Source: Phoronis australis
Lineage: Eukaryota; Animalia; Phoronida
Length of the DNA stretch: 64,000 nt
Direction of reading: 5' to 3'
NCBI GenBank assembly: GCA_002633005.1
Contig: NMRA01000228.1
Coordinates: 360,120 to 424,119 of the forward strand
The position numbers and the translations under genes were made by a program. Shown one piece after another: positions 12,434 to 25,419 of this stretch; the stretch's first letter is position 1, and every line of letters starts with the position of its first letter. The notes under the pieces are model-generated. The model saw only the letters and a list, made by a program, of their open reading frames with translations. It was not told where the DNA came from and made no database searches.

Positions 12434-13726
12434 CCTCACAGTCGTCAAAAAGGATGATGAGTGAATGCAACATCAGAACCATCACATATACTGTTTCGAA
12501 AACCTGGCTTTACATTCCTCTAATGTTGTTGCAAAACACATATTCACACTTTGTTGTTTTAGCTACAAAATAGGGATTTCATAGTTTTTAGACGACCTTT
12601 GCGTCTTCATCAGTGTGACTCTGTAATGGTAATCTCTTATTCTTTTTCGCATAGTAATCACTGCCATGTTGTTTTAAACAACTAAATACAAATCATAACG
12701 TTTATGATTTTCAAGTTTCCACGATCTCTTTGTTTTATTAGAAGTAGAAGAAACTGTAGATGGCCCTGACACTATAATACAGTTTTGTTGAAAATGGGGG
12801 TTTATCATTAACTGTACTTTGCAGGGTTAACGCCCATGTTTGGCGTAACACCCACCCCCGGAATTTTCATATTTTCATTTTGAACCCTCGTGCTAAGTGA
12901 GCGCTCCCATTTTTTACAACTGAGACCTCCTTAAAAGTGCTCATCTCTTTCTGGATTCCAGTGTCACAAAAATTTTTGCCCCCAAAATGTGCGTGACGCA
13001 GTTTCATTTGAGTAACAGTCAGTTTCAGTGACACCTTGCTGCAGTTGGGTGGGAAAATACTCACTTTTTACTGATATGGTGTGAAATGGTTCTTTTGACT
13101 CAGGTGCATTCTGTTTTAGTACTTTGTGCAAAAATTGGTATAGGCATTTGGGTTACCGAATTGACTGTTTGAGTAAACGTCCATTCTCGACTTCTAAAAA
13201 AGTTACTTTGAGTGCTCGTGCCTGGATTAGCATCCTTCTGAGTTTTTATTTCCCAGTTTATGCACCATGGGTATTAGCTCAGACTAGTATGGTTAGATGT
13301 AATGTAGTTTTTAAGTTCATTACTGTGAACTCACCTGTTGTCAAAAATGAATATTTGATTTTGAGCACTTACCGTTATGATCGGGAAACTTAGATTTAGG
13401 ATTGTAAGTAAACTGAAAATCTTCAAGAGAAATGTGCCATCAGTTCTGTCTGCAGATGCGAAACTAAATTAGCTATTGATCTAGGAAAAGGGGAATAAAA
13501 TTGATACCTTTCAGAAATTTAAACAGTTATTTCTATGATGTGGCTAGAGAAATTTCAAGTTGATATGTTTAAGCATCATAACTAAGGAGGAAAATAGATT
13601 GGACCAATGGCAAGAAGAGATGGCAATGACACAAGACTTACGTTGATGTGGATAGCAGTTGATAGAAGGTGCGCTGTACCATTGATAACCTGGAGAAGAA
13701 TGGTTTAGCGTGAAAGAATTGTGTTC

Positions 13727-14149
13727 CAGTTCCCGGTCGCATGAAACAGTCCCAAAGTAGGTTCCCTACAAAAAACCCTAAATTTTTTGTGGATTTTTGT
13801 CATTATTTACTCTCAAATGTAATCTTTTTCTAACAATGTATCTTTATTATAAACTCCTCTTTCACCAACGACATTTTCAAATAATATAACTAAAAACTGA
13901 GCCCTTAGTTCAATGAAAATAAACATGGACTTAGTCCTTAAATTAGGGGTGTTGAATGAAAACGTCTCTACTTCTTCTAAATAATTCAACATGGAGTTCC
14001 CTCTCAGTTTGTGTGAAAGACAAAAATTGACCTAGTAATGAAACTAAAAAGCATAAAAAAGGTCAATTAGTGTTTTCACTAATATGCAGTAAATGTAGGG
14101 AACTTAGTTGAGTCCTTTATTTGGGGCCGTTTCTTGCAACCGGGCACTG
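13727..14149. mobile_element. MITE with ~30-bp imperfect TIRs
   Basis: CAGTTCCCGGTCGCATGAAACAGTCCCAAA vs the reverse complement of the right end, CAGTGCCCGGTTGCAAGAAACGGCCCCAAA. Confidence 0.75.
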
Positions 14150-14309
14150 AACTGACTGAGGTGGCAAGGTCTGTATAGGATAGAGTGGACTTCATGCACC
14201 ATACTGGATAGTGTTGAGTCTATTTGTTCAGCCGTCAGCCATGATCTGTTAGTTCATTGTTAGCCAGCTTTTAATCTGAGTAACAAAAGAACAAGCCAAA
14301 ACCAGGGAT

Positions 14310-14447
14310 CAGGGTCTAATCTGTCAACTCGGACTCGAAAATTAACTAATCATACCACACAATTCAAAATCAAACTTGTAAGTTTACTCGATAAGTGCCA
14401 TGCAATTGGTCAACTTCGTTTTTTTTGAGTGTATAGATTAGACCCTG
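14310..14447. mobile_element. Small MITE, 13-bp perfect TIR
   Basis: CAGGGTCTAATCT ... AGATTAGACCCTG. Confidence 0.7.
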
Positions 14448-14733
14448 TGCACACTTTATTATGATAAAAAGTTCATTTTTTGATGGAAAGCAGGTTCATA
14501 GCAGCTTAAAAGGCGTGAGAATGCTGATCCACAGAGAATATGAGCCTATGATGCACTCAATTTCCTTTCCTGTGATTGACCCTCATTTTCTGTATTCAGC
14601 TGATGACTATCATAAAATAACAGAGACTACTTTTTTAGCCCAATCCATTCTTCGTATTTTAATATAACATTAAAATCTTAGTCAATATTTCATGGCAAAA
14701 ATGACCCGGAATTCCCATCGTGGTGTCTAAGTG

Positions 14734-15313
14734 CACTGTTTGAACTTCAGCAAATAAATGTGGTTGTCCGCTGGGCCAGTTAGTCTGACAATTTACTAAC
14801 CCGGCTGTCAAGTTGCTGGCCCTGCTTTTAGCATCCCGTTTACGTTTTTCTCAATCTTTTCCTGTACGCTGAATGCGCATATGTTTGAGAACCCTATTTG
14901 TTATGCTATTAACTCTAGGTGAGGAGTTGCTAGTAACTGAGTGTGTGCATAAACACCACGTAAGCTGTGGTTACGAAATAAAAGCTGCCAACTGGATTAA
15001 ACCAATACATGTATACTTTTGCAAAACACGTTTCATGAGTACATAGAACTCTAGGTAGAGCTGTGTGAGTAATCAAAATGAATGGGGTGATTGTAGATTT
15101 ATTGCCCACAAGGTTCAATCTCGTTGCCTTTCAAGAGGTGAGAGGCAAACAAAATTAGTCAGTAGACCTTTTTTGAATTAATTTAATACGAGACTACATC
15201 CACATAGCGCCTATATGTGAAAGTTTATTGGCCCGCAATGCCTATAACTTTTAAAAGTTAATGGCCCGGCAGCAAATCCACTGGCCCCAGACCACCATGT
15301 ATTTCGAACGCTG
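14734..15313. mobile_element. hAT-type non-autonomous element with an 8-bp target-site duplication
   Basis: TSD TCTAAGTG at 14726-14733 and 15314-15321. Ends CACTGTTTGAACT / ATTTCGAACGCTG, with GGCCC/GGGCC subterminal motifs. Confidence 0.8.
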
Positions 15314-15893
15314 TCTAAGTGCAAGGGGAATTCCAATTGTGGCGGGTTATTCCACTATAATGGGGAAATGTTTTTGCTCGATTACTTTTGGCATGAACCA
15401 TGCAAGGAACTTCTGTTGGTGAGAAGATAGAAAGACTGCTAAAACTGGAAGCACATAATACAAATTTATTGTGTTGAACTCACAACTGTAAACAGTCAGA
15501 TCTAAAATCGCAGGCAAACCCTAAACCTTGAATTTACTGGAATGTCCCGGAAAGTATAAGACAAATACTTATAAAAAAGATAGTATTCTTTTCTTAAAGC
15601 CACATACAGTGATAAGGTCAGAAATCCATACCTTCAGTTTGCAGGTATGAATCTAGTTGCAATAAGTAATCGGTGAACACATTTTGGCTCCAAAGGGTAG
15701 TGGCGTAAAGTTCTGTACGACAACTTGCCCTATAACCTCTAAGTAGCCTTCATAACACTTCAGAGATTCCAAAAGATGGCATTATGTATATGGCTTTGAG
15801 AAATTCGAATTACATACTACATTAGTTTTAACAAAAATAAAATAGCAAAATCCAACCCAAGCAATGCAGAACATATATCTCTTGCATTCATAA

Positions 15894-16272
15894 GTCCTGT
15901 CCACACACAGACTTGCCCTAAAACAACTTGTACTAGTGCAACTTGCCCTACTTTACATGCAGCATCCATACGTAAATATCCGATAACTAGGGTAAGGCAG
16001 ACATTGTCGCTCTGTGCGTGACAATGAACAGCTGATGCAAATACGACGCACAAAAGAAGACCTGTGTAACTGTAACTGATAATTATGTCCACTTTGCCCC
16101 AGGTTTGCGGCCACACAGCAATAAGAAGTGGTGCAAGATACAATAGAACAAATTTTCCTACCTCGATAGGGTGGAGTAAGTCACCACGACTGGTAAATTG
16201 CACTAGTTTCACACAGCCCTCAAACTAAAAACTTGTTTCAGGAACTTGTTCTAGGGTAAGTCTGTATGGCCC
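15894..16272. mobile_element. Harbinger-like MITE family, copy 1
   Basis: Starts TAA-GTCCTGTCCACACACAGACTTGCCCTAAAACAACTTG and is colinear with the copies at 29724 and 44138. Confidence 0.8.
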
Positions 16273-17833
16273 ACTGATTAGATGGAAGAAAACAGTCAAT
16301 AACTTGCCTAAAAGCATTAAAATTGGTTTGCCAAAACCACAAAATATGAATATATAGAACTGACTTTAATAATACATTCAGAAACCAAAATTGTATAGTC
16401 ACAGAATATTTTTGTAAATATACAACCATTTTCAAAGGTTCGATACATTGAAATTATCACTACTTATCTTTGTTCTTGCTGAAAAACATTCAAATTTATA
16501 AAAAGAATTCAAACCTTTTGCTAACCATTGACCTCTGCCTACTGTGTGCATCGCCTACAGGGCAGATACAAGGGAATTGCCATTATTTTAAACATTACCA
16601 CTGAAGGGATCCATTAGTAAATTTAAAATAGTCTCTAAGGTAAGCAAAACAAGTCAGTAACGCTCTCCTCAGTTAGAAAACACCCGTCACCTTTCATCAT
16701 GATTCTTCAAGCTGACTGGAAAATAGTGAGACGGCTAACAAAGAACTAAAAAATAACGAAAAGGCCACTAGGGGGCAAATCAGAGGTCAAATCCATCTGA
16801 AAAGAGGCAGGTGCTGTCTAGTGATAGTAATTTTTTGCCAAATTTCATGAACATCTGTCTGGAAACTTGGTACACATGAAGGCAAAAAATGGCCGTCGGG
16901 TCACCCAAAATATGTCATATCCATTCAAAAACAGGAAGACTTCATAATCTTAATAGATACCAATTTGCCTTATATTATGAAAATCCAACACCAATACATT
17001 TCTTTGCATCGTTTTGCAATATCGTTGCATCACAAAATGCAATTTCATCATGACAGACTGCTCTGAATAGTAGCCAGGACACCAACTCAACATTCCTGAT
17101 CGCATCAAAATTACAAAATTCCAATCAACGCATCTCACTAAATCATCATCAGCTTGGACATAATTACAACTCAGCATCAGTAGATAATAAAATATTCAAA
17201 TTCACAACAATACTTCGTTCAGTTTATAGTCATAGAAGACTGCATCATGGCCATATTGCACTATGGCCCATCAGTGTATGAAATGAACCAAAGGTATTCA
17301 AAACATATTCAAACATTCAATTACACTATTTCAAGCCCAATTTCATACAAAATAATCACATGTGGGGAAGTTCAGTTGAACAGCTTTACATCAAGCTAAC
17401 TGGGACTTCTCTGCCATGTTCATTGCATGTAAGAAATTCACTGTAACCAAATCCACTTGTATCAAGTACAGTTGGCTTAGTACTTATGGATTGGAATGTT
17501 ATGAGCAAACCCTATTGGCTGCACTTGGTTGACTTCTCTGGTCCCCCTAGGTCAACCGGCTAAGACATCCAAGTGGTAGACTAAAAGTTGTCATGGAGAA
17601 CCAATCAGATTTCCTAGCTAGTTAACCCAGCAGAACCACTGAAGTCAATCAAGTGTACCCATTATAATTCAAACATAACCGGACGATCGTTGCACAAATG
17701 AAGAAGTTCATGATAAATCAACGTTTCGTCTACTCGTTACATTCATTTGTGTGGCGATCGTCCGGTTTTTAATTTTACTGTGGCCAAGAACTTATTTAAC
17801 AAACATATAATGCAGTTTAACTAATACGACAAC

Positions 17834-17918
17834 ACAGTAACGTACCTATGGAGCAAATATTTTGTTAATTATATTGCCAAGTCGAAACAAAATATTTGCT
17901 CCATAGGTACGTTACTGT
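17834..17918. repeat. Perfect 33-bp inverted repeat with a 19-nt loop
   Basis: ACAGTAACGTACCTATGGAGCAAATATTTTGTT (17834-17866) and its exact reverse complement (17886-17918). Confidence 0.95.
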
Positions 17919-19449
17919 AATATCTTGAAATGTAAATCTTTAAGTACCCAGGAAAGTTCATAATCAAATAAATCAAACCTGTTCAGCTTGACTATGGTAC
18001 GTAGTAAAGTCTCAATAGACACGGAGGTGGCAGGTTTGCTGTCTACCACTTGGAACACTACAATAGATCATATCTCGTGAGAGCCTAGTGGGACACTCTG
18101 CCAGTCAAGCCATTTCAATCATTCAACCATTCCTCAAGAACAGAATAGGATGCTCCCGAGAGCTTAAGGATTTTAAGTACCATAGTTTAGGTGAACAGGT
18201 TTAATTTCTTTGATTCTGTTACCATAATGGTTCTCATTCCTTCAGCCAGTGGAAGCCTAGTGATAAGGTTGGACCATCACCGTTTCCATACACATATTCA
18301 TTAGTTGTTTTGCACACCAACACCTATTTAACATCAACAAAATTACAAAAAGTTCAAAGACTGTGTGTACCTTACAACAATTAATCAATCAAAGTATTAT
18401 TAAATGTTTTATGACTGCTATACAGAACAAACCAGGACAAGAATGATGCACAATTTGCTGTATAATTGGACAAATAAAGCACTTTCACTTTTCACTTCAT
18501 ACAGATGCCTAACCATTGATAATTAGGAGATTATCTCCAGTCCTGTCAGCCAGGAATCGACTTTAAAATCAGCAGTTGGTTCACCACCAGGCAAAGTTTC
18601 TAAAGCTTGACCAATTACAAAACTGCAGGAGGTGGGAATATCGGCGGGAAATGTAGTTTGATATCTGCTGGTAATCGTTCAGTTCTCTGCAGCTTGCCGG
18701 CCAATTTTAAAAGGACAAGTGAACCAAGTCATCAATGGCCGTCACTTCTCAGACAGATGCTCGACCGAATAGTACACAATTCTTAGACTAAGTACACTTA
18801 AATAAGTACACTTAAAACTGCAAAGGTCCTGAATATAAGATCAAGGCCTCACACCTGAACATAAAGCAATTTTTACACAATGAAGTCAATAATAAGCCCC
18901 GCCTTAATTCAAATCCTATGGGTGCACAACTTAGTAAAAATGGTATGATTGCACCCACAGGACATTGTGAAGCATAGTTTCATAATCAATAAAATATTTA
19001 ACATCTGATGTCTCACACGGAGCTGCACAAATACAATCTTATTCGATGTGACCTGACATGAGGTGGTTGTAAGCATACTAAACCCTGTTTTGACATGTTC
19101 ACCAAATGCTGGATGTTATGTCCTCTGCTGATGCACCGTTCGTATCTCCCCGAGTAATAAAAAGCATTATTTAACCAAGACGCTTTGCCACTGTATCAAA
19201 AAATTGTATTTTAAGTTTTGAAGTAGGCATTTTTTCTTCACAATCATCTTGTAACTTGCCTAAAGCGTTAGTCATGCTGGATACTGTCACCGACTTCATA
19301 ATGTATTTTCATCTTGCTCTAAAATTATGAGGATTAGTGGACCATTATTTCATTTAATAATTAAACAAGTCATAGTTGCTATCTGCAACAGACCAAATCT
19401 GGGTTTAGAATGCTTCTAAGGACCAAACAAAGGAACATCAGTGAAAGCT

Positions 19450-22400
19450 CTAGTCATATTCAGATCCAATACATATGCTGACAGCACCGGGCACAACACG
19501 CGTTGCATGATACCACTGGTTGGTATCCACCACGACTGAAAAGGAAAACACAGAAATGTTACGATTTAAGTCCAAAACAAAATAAATTAAAGAAGACAGT
19601 GTGATAGAATTTTAATTAAAAATGACAGATTTTGAGATGTCAAGTTATGATAACAGTTAAAAATCTAATCTTTGTATCGAACGTGTGATTACCAAATTCA
19701 AACTTAACACATTTTTGTAACAATGGCACTATTTTATGTAACAATTGCATGGTTTTATTGTGACAATGTAATTTTTTCAATGTACACAAGTTCATTAGGA
19801 GCACAAAATTGTTGAAGCTCTTTCAGACACCATCCTATTCTTAAAAACTAAACTCGAAACATACTGCTTCTTTATTTCGCTCGATGGTTGTACAACCTCC
19901 TGTCATGTCGTGTCCTTACACGCGCGATTTTCTCAACCAAATTAGAACTCAGCACTACACTAAAAATTATAGGCACCACTGACAAGCACAGGCTAAGAAT
20001 CATATGACAATGTTGTAGTAATGATGTACTCACTAATGTCTCCTTGTTGTACTGTCACATTCAATGGCTTACAAACAGACTCGCACTCATAGGATGGAAG
20101 CAGTGTCCAGATCTTTGTTCCAGAAATTTGAGCTTGCCAAGATGGTCTCTGGACATAGTCCAACTGAAAAGCAACAATTCAACTAAGAGTCACCCTAACA
20201 CTGGACTTCACTGGTATCTATGTAGTCCAGTCATCAACTTTCTGTATAAATTAATTACTTCATCAATGATATGGTAGCATATGCAGGCAAAGTCAGTAAA
20301 ACAACAATTGAATCAAGGTTGAACAGCTACAACTGATCTTTAATTGCATTCACTGCTGAAAAATATAATTAACATTCTTTCCAGGTAAGATGCTTATAAC
20401 ACATGAAGTGTGTATCAAGTCTTCTTTATAGAAAGCAATTGTTTGAAACAGATTGGTGGTGGTCCAAAACTGATAGGTCAGGGTGGCTCAATACAAACTT
20501 AATGTAATGAGCATAGGTAAATGTGTGAGGAACTTTTTGGTAGTATATCTTCTTCAATGCCTCAACTGTGATAAGTACAATTGTTTACTTATTCAGAACA
20601 TGACATGGCAGACAAGTTGAATTTACAAAAACAGATAAAACCATTAAGCTCTACCAGCAGCATGGTCTGTATTGCACAGCTGTCATAAAACAATACCGCA
20701 CAAAAGTTTAATAGTTTGTAGCAAGGGAAATAGAAAACAGGCAGTTATTGTTGCAGAAAAATAACTGAAAAAAATATGGTTATTCATAAATTACTTGTAA
20801 CATGTCATACAGCTTGAAGACAAACAAACACATGTTAGACATTTGATGTTATAAACACATTAATAAAAAACATATGTTACAAGAAACTCCTTTTACCAAT
20901 GGTTGGCATCTATACAAATCACAATACACTGCACAATTATACGTCTATTGACAATAAGAACTGCACACTCACAAAGGAAATTATGCTGCTCTGCTAAATT
21001 TTTCAACAAAAATATCACATGTACCTATCATGACTATAAACTGTTGCATTAAACTGATGTCTAATAAATACAAAATAGTAGCAGTAGCAAGATCACGTAG
21101 ACCACTAGCCGCCGATACAAAAGCCATAATTTAGTAATGTTTTGACAGCCCCCGGGTATTCTAGCAATAAAGAGTCCCTAGATTGGTGAAGCATGACAAG
21201 GTCTACACTATTGTCCTAGTTTTCATCAACAGACATGATTCAGCCAGATGTCATCAGCTGCCTACATTGCACATCATTTAAAGGTGTCTGTTTCATGTTA
21301 ATAGGCTATTAGAAAATAATTCAGCCACCATGTCTAAAGTGACGAATGTTATATTTTGACTGTAAAAGGCATTCACCTTCAGGCTTGTCTTCTCTGTTGC
21401 TATTGAGATATGAGCTGAATTTAACATCCCAAAAGGATTACAGCACTACAAACCATGGTTGTATAGATATGTAGAGTTATGAAAAACCAACCAGCAACAA
21501 CTCAAGACATTATCATGAATGCAGATCTTAAGTTCCTAGTCACTCTTTGATGCATGAAAGAACATTGGCCGGTGTGAGTCATGCTGGGCAAAAGACTTCT
21601 GGGAACATATACATTATACTAGAATGTTTTCTGTATTTGAAATCATGCCCTAGGATTGGAAACTAAATGGGAGATATTTCTAATGAACAGAAAAAGAAAT
21701 GCTGGCAAGTTAAAGAATTTTAAATTTCCATACAGCTTTACACTTCTAAAACCTGACATGTAACCAGATTGAAAAATGACAGATGAATAAAATTTCAATG
21801 GACAGTATGTATTCAAAGTAAACTTAGTTATTTTTCTCAATTCTTTTCCTGGCTCAAGGAAAACTTCTAAAATTAGCAGGATTTAGTAAGAAATCAATTC
21901 AGGTATCAACTGAAGACCTAATTCATTTTAATTCTCAATCCACATAATCATCACATAATACAAACCCTCAACATACTTCAAAACACAACTAGCAGTACCC
22001 ACCTTGAAACACAATCTAAAGAATGAAATGTTTTCATACATGGCAATATTCTCGTCAACTGCAGAAAAAAAAACAGCCGAGTTGGTAGCATATCCTTAAC
22101 AACGCTTTGCTATGCGCATTTCCCTACTTACATGCATGTGGGCTCCTGGTCCACTACCACCCATAAATATCCAGTCTATGGCACTTGATTCTGAGTCTTT
22201 TGGTAGGAAATAAGGTCGTTGGTAATGCTGCCGGAGAGTGTCTTGGATGGATGGGTTACAGTTCGACCTTTAAATAATATCGCAATCATCCATGGATCAA
22301 GAACAAAAACTGAGTTTAATTGATAGCATGGAAGATCAAACACAAACATACATGCATACTCAGCATTATAAAGATATCCATATGGCACAGTTCTAGAGTA

Positions 22401-23325
22401 GAAAACCTCTTTTCCCGACAGATAATATACAGGTACATGAGTGTGGTAGATGAGATAAGCTTTATTTACATAGCATAGTGGCAGGCAGGGACCCTTACCT
22501 TACAGGTTCCTAGTATTTTTTTACTTTTTACTAAAATTATGTAAACATTTTTATATAATAAGAGGAAATTCAAATTCATAATGTAAATGAAACTTTTTTA
22601 CCAAGTCCCTAAATGCATCCATTCATGGTTTTAGACCAGAACAACACTTACCAACCAATGTACCAGTTCTTTTCACCTGGCTTAAAATGAGCGCGGTCGT
22701 CAGACATGTTGAACACTTCTGCCAATGTTTCAAACTCAGTTTTATAAGGAAAGAACTGACATTCCTCTTCAACTGAAGACAGGGCATCCGGGGTATCGTT
22801 ATACAGCTTTTTGAAAAAATCATAGCTAAAAGTGTCCATTGCAGTCCAGTTTTTAGTAGCCCCTTTTACCAATACTGGTTTAGAAGTGTAGGCATATTTG
22901 GAGATGAACTCTTCCGTAGAAATATCAACTTCCACAGGCACTTCGTTCATATCCTTACATATGTCACATCGTTGAAGCGGTCGTGCTGCTTCCATCACAA
23001 AAGGGTTATTATCAATGATGCAAGGGTTTGACTGAAACCGAGCATACAGATCTTCGTATGTTAACGCCAGCAAACCCAACAAAATGGAAACAACTGCCAC
23101 CCAGAAATATTTCTTCTTCAGAATCCATAAATACGACTTTTTATGATTGACAATGGATTCTGAAAGAGCTTTACGGATAGCTTCCGCACTGACACCATTC
23201 TTTTGAGCTTCTTTTCTTGCATCTAACAACTCGCGTAGAATTTTTTTGGAAACATCTGGAACTTTGTTGTCAGACATCGTTTTCGTATCGCTGTCCGTGT
23301 GCTCAGGTAATAGTGAGCTTATCAT
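19450..23325 (-). CDS. Membrane-anchored JmjC/cupin-like putative Fe(II)/2-oxoglutarate oxygenase
   Basis: Minus-strand exons 23325 (or ATG at 23277)-22652, 22267-22132, 20163-20034 and 19535-19450 (TAG). All introns are GT-AG and phase-consistent, giving 341 or 325 aa. There is an N-terminal hydrophobic helix (YFWVAVVSILLGLLALTY), then ...WYIGWSNC...RPYFLPKDSESSAIDWIFMGGSGPGAHMH-LD-YVQRPSWQAQISGTKIW...VQQGDIIVVDTNQWYHAT...SICIGSEYD, which is a JmjC-like core with HxD...H. Relationship to C6orf89- or JMJD8-like proteins is a guess. Confidence 0.88.
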
Positions 23326-23517
23326 GTAAGGTCAAGGTCGGTTTTGTAAACGGTTACGAGGTGTTTTAGTGCATTAATCATCAGCTTTAGTTTGTTTTCC
23401 ACACGTGGTGCCTGCTTCAGTATTTTCGCGTTTGTTATATGTGGTAGATGACCACTACCGGTAAAAACTATGCTGTGACCATTGAATATTGAGTGTGGAT
23501 AGTTAACTCAGGTAGGT
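23326..23517. promoter_or_regulatory. Putative compact bidirectional promoter and end of an ABCA 5'-UTR exon
   Basis: Lies between the minus-strand ATG (23325) and a + strand donor CAG|GTAGGT (23511/23512) that could join the ABCA acceptor at 25407. Locally richer in CpG. Contains AGGTCAAGGTCG (23329-23340), CACGTG (23402-23407) and TTTTCGCG (23423-23430). Confidence 0.5.
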
Positions 23518-25419
23518 TTTCACTTCAAAGCTAAAGCGCGATCGGAACCGAGTTATTGATTCCAGCCTCACCTGCTGTCTCTGGCGCTACCCAGATTCTC
23601 ACCGTTGCCTATTGTTATCTCGAATCTTCCTCAATCCACAGACTGTATTGATGGCAAGCTATCGTTATATAGATGTGCTGAATTGATTACTTTACCTTGG
23701 TAATAAAATTATAACAGTCTTCTTCTCAGTCGAGACTTGTTTAAATTACTGTTAGTGTTAGGACTCACACCGGCGTTTTAGCCTACGGCTACGGGAGTGA
23801 CAACTTAGCTGGCCCACTTCAGACGACGCCTGTGCTTCCTTCAGACTATAGGACTACTTTCTAACGGGAGTAACGGTAAACTTAAATAGTACTGTATATG
23901 TCATAATTGTCACCTTTGGCCTTGCTGACTAGTACTGGTCTTGAATGGATTTTCCCCATCTCATAGTGAATCGCAGTACATGTCATGGTCTAACATAGTC
24001 TTGGTGCAAAGATGTATACTAAATAGTCTCTGACTGGCTAGGTCCAGCATAGATAGACTAAGGATCTGAACGTAACTGGTCAGTTATTCAACGATTACTG
24101 GTTCTCTGAATCAGGCACTACTATATCCAACTACCGTACTAGTGCGGTTCTGAGCGTGAGGTCTGCCTTATCTAGTTGATCTATTAATGCATTATTCATT
24201 GATGATTCATAACCATGTAGTATTTGGTCACTGGCTATACCAATTTCTTTTTGTGTATGTCTTAGTAATTTATATATTAGTGAAATTCCTTCTCCAAGTA
24301 TGGTAACTAGTTAAGCTAAATGTTATTATTTGAACTTTAACTTAGCAAAATAAAATTTCTGTAAATCTGTTGTTCTAGCTGTTTTTAAATTTTTTGTTTG
24401 TGCGCGATCACATTTCTCATCTGAGTGATATGAAATTCACACACAACACGTACCTCATTACTAGCTTAAGGTACTCTGTTGTTTTTGGTTGAAATCAAAT
24501 GGTGATGCTGCTGTGTAAGGCTATTTTTGTTTTTTTTTGGTTTTTATTTTGGTTTGCAGAGCCATAGTTCCACTGTTCGGGGAGGGAATTTTTGTAAAAT
24601 ATGTTTTGTGGTTAGATCACATGAAGTGTTAACTGATTGCCATTTTTCGTCTACTTTACTAAATCAATGTATGTGTTCAATAGCTTGTTTTTTAATGAAA
24701 TTGGATGCACTGTGGTGACCTTTTTTAATTTTTTGCTTACAGACTCATAACTCCGGCACCCATTGACGAATCTGGTCTGATTAGATCTCATCAAGAATGA
24801 TCTAGAGTGTTTCTCGTTTTCTGCCAACACTTCTTTTGTTGTCTGATCATTCCTTGTTATAGGTCTTAATTTTTGTTCGTTTGACATTAAAGTTACGCTC
24901 ATCATGTGTCTCATCTGTAGCTAGAGGCCTGTTTTCAATGACTGAAACTGTATACAAGGTAGCACTCTGGAGACTATTTTTTACATAGCCATAGCTCTGG
25001 CGTCCTTATTTGTATGTTTCTTTAACTTAGTGTATACAGCTATCTGGAATAGGTTCTCTGTTTCTCATTATGACTTATGGGTTTTTGAGTTATTTGAGAG
25101 TTAGAACTGACTGCTCATTTTATCGACTGATTCTTGTTGCACTTTTGTTATTTTACCATTTGTTGTTTTTTAATCATTTACATCATCATCATAATAATCG
25201 TTATCATCATCATCATTTACTGCTCAGTCTCGAGTCGTGAAGTATCGCCTTCTAAAAGTGCTTTCAATAATCCTTTAATGTTATATCATCATTGCCTCAA
25301 TGTCAATGTTTTGATGTTGTCCATGATGCCTAAACAGTGCTCACAAAACTAAAGTAAGCTGTGCTTCTTCATCAGCTAAATCCATTGATGTTGCAACTTA
25401 CATTTAGGAAACAATAGTG

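Noticed and set aside
13596-13646. Possible alternative last UBFD1 exon (LDQWQEEM...)
   Set aside because: No polypyrimidine tract before the AG and only faint resemblance to the vertebrate tail.
25134-25352. Hydrophobic poly-Ile ORF
   Set aside because: It is the translation of an ATC/ATA microsatellite in an intron.
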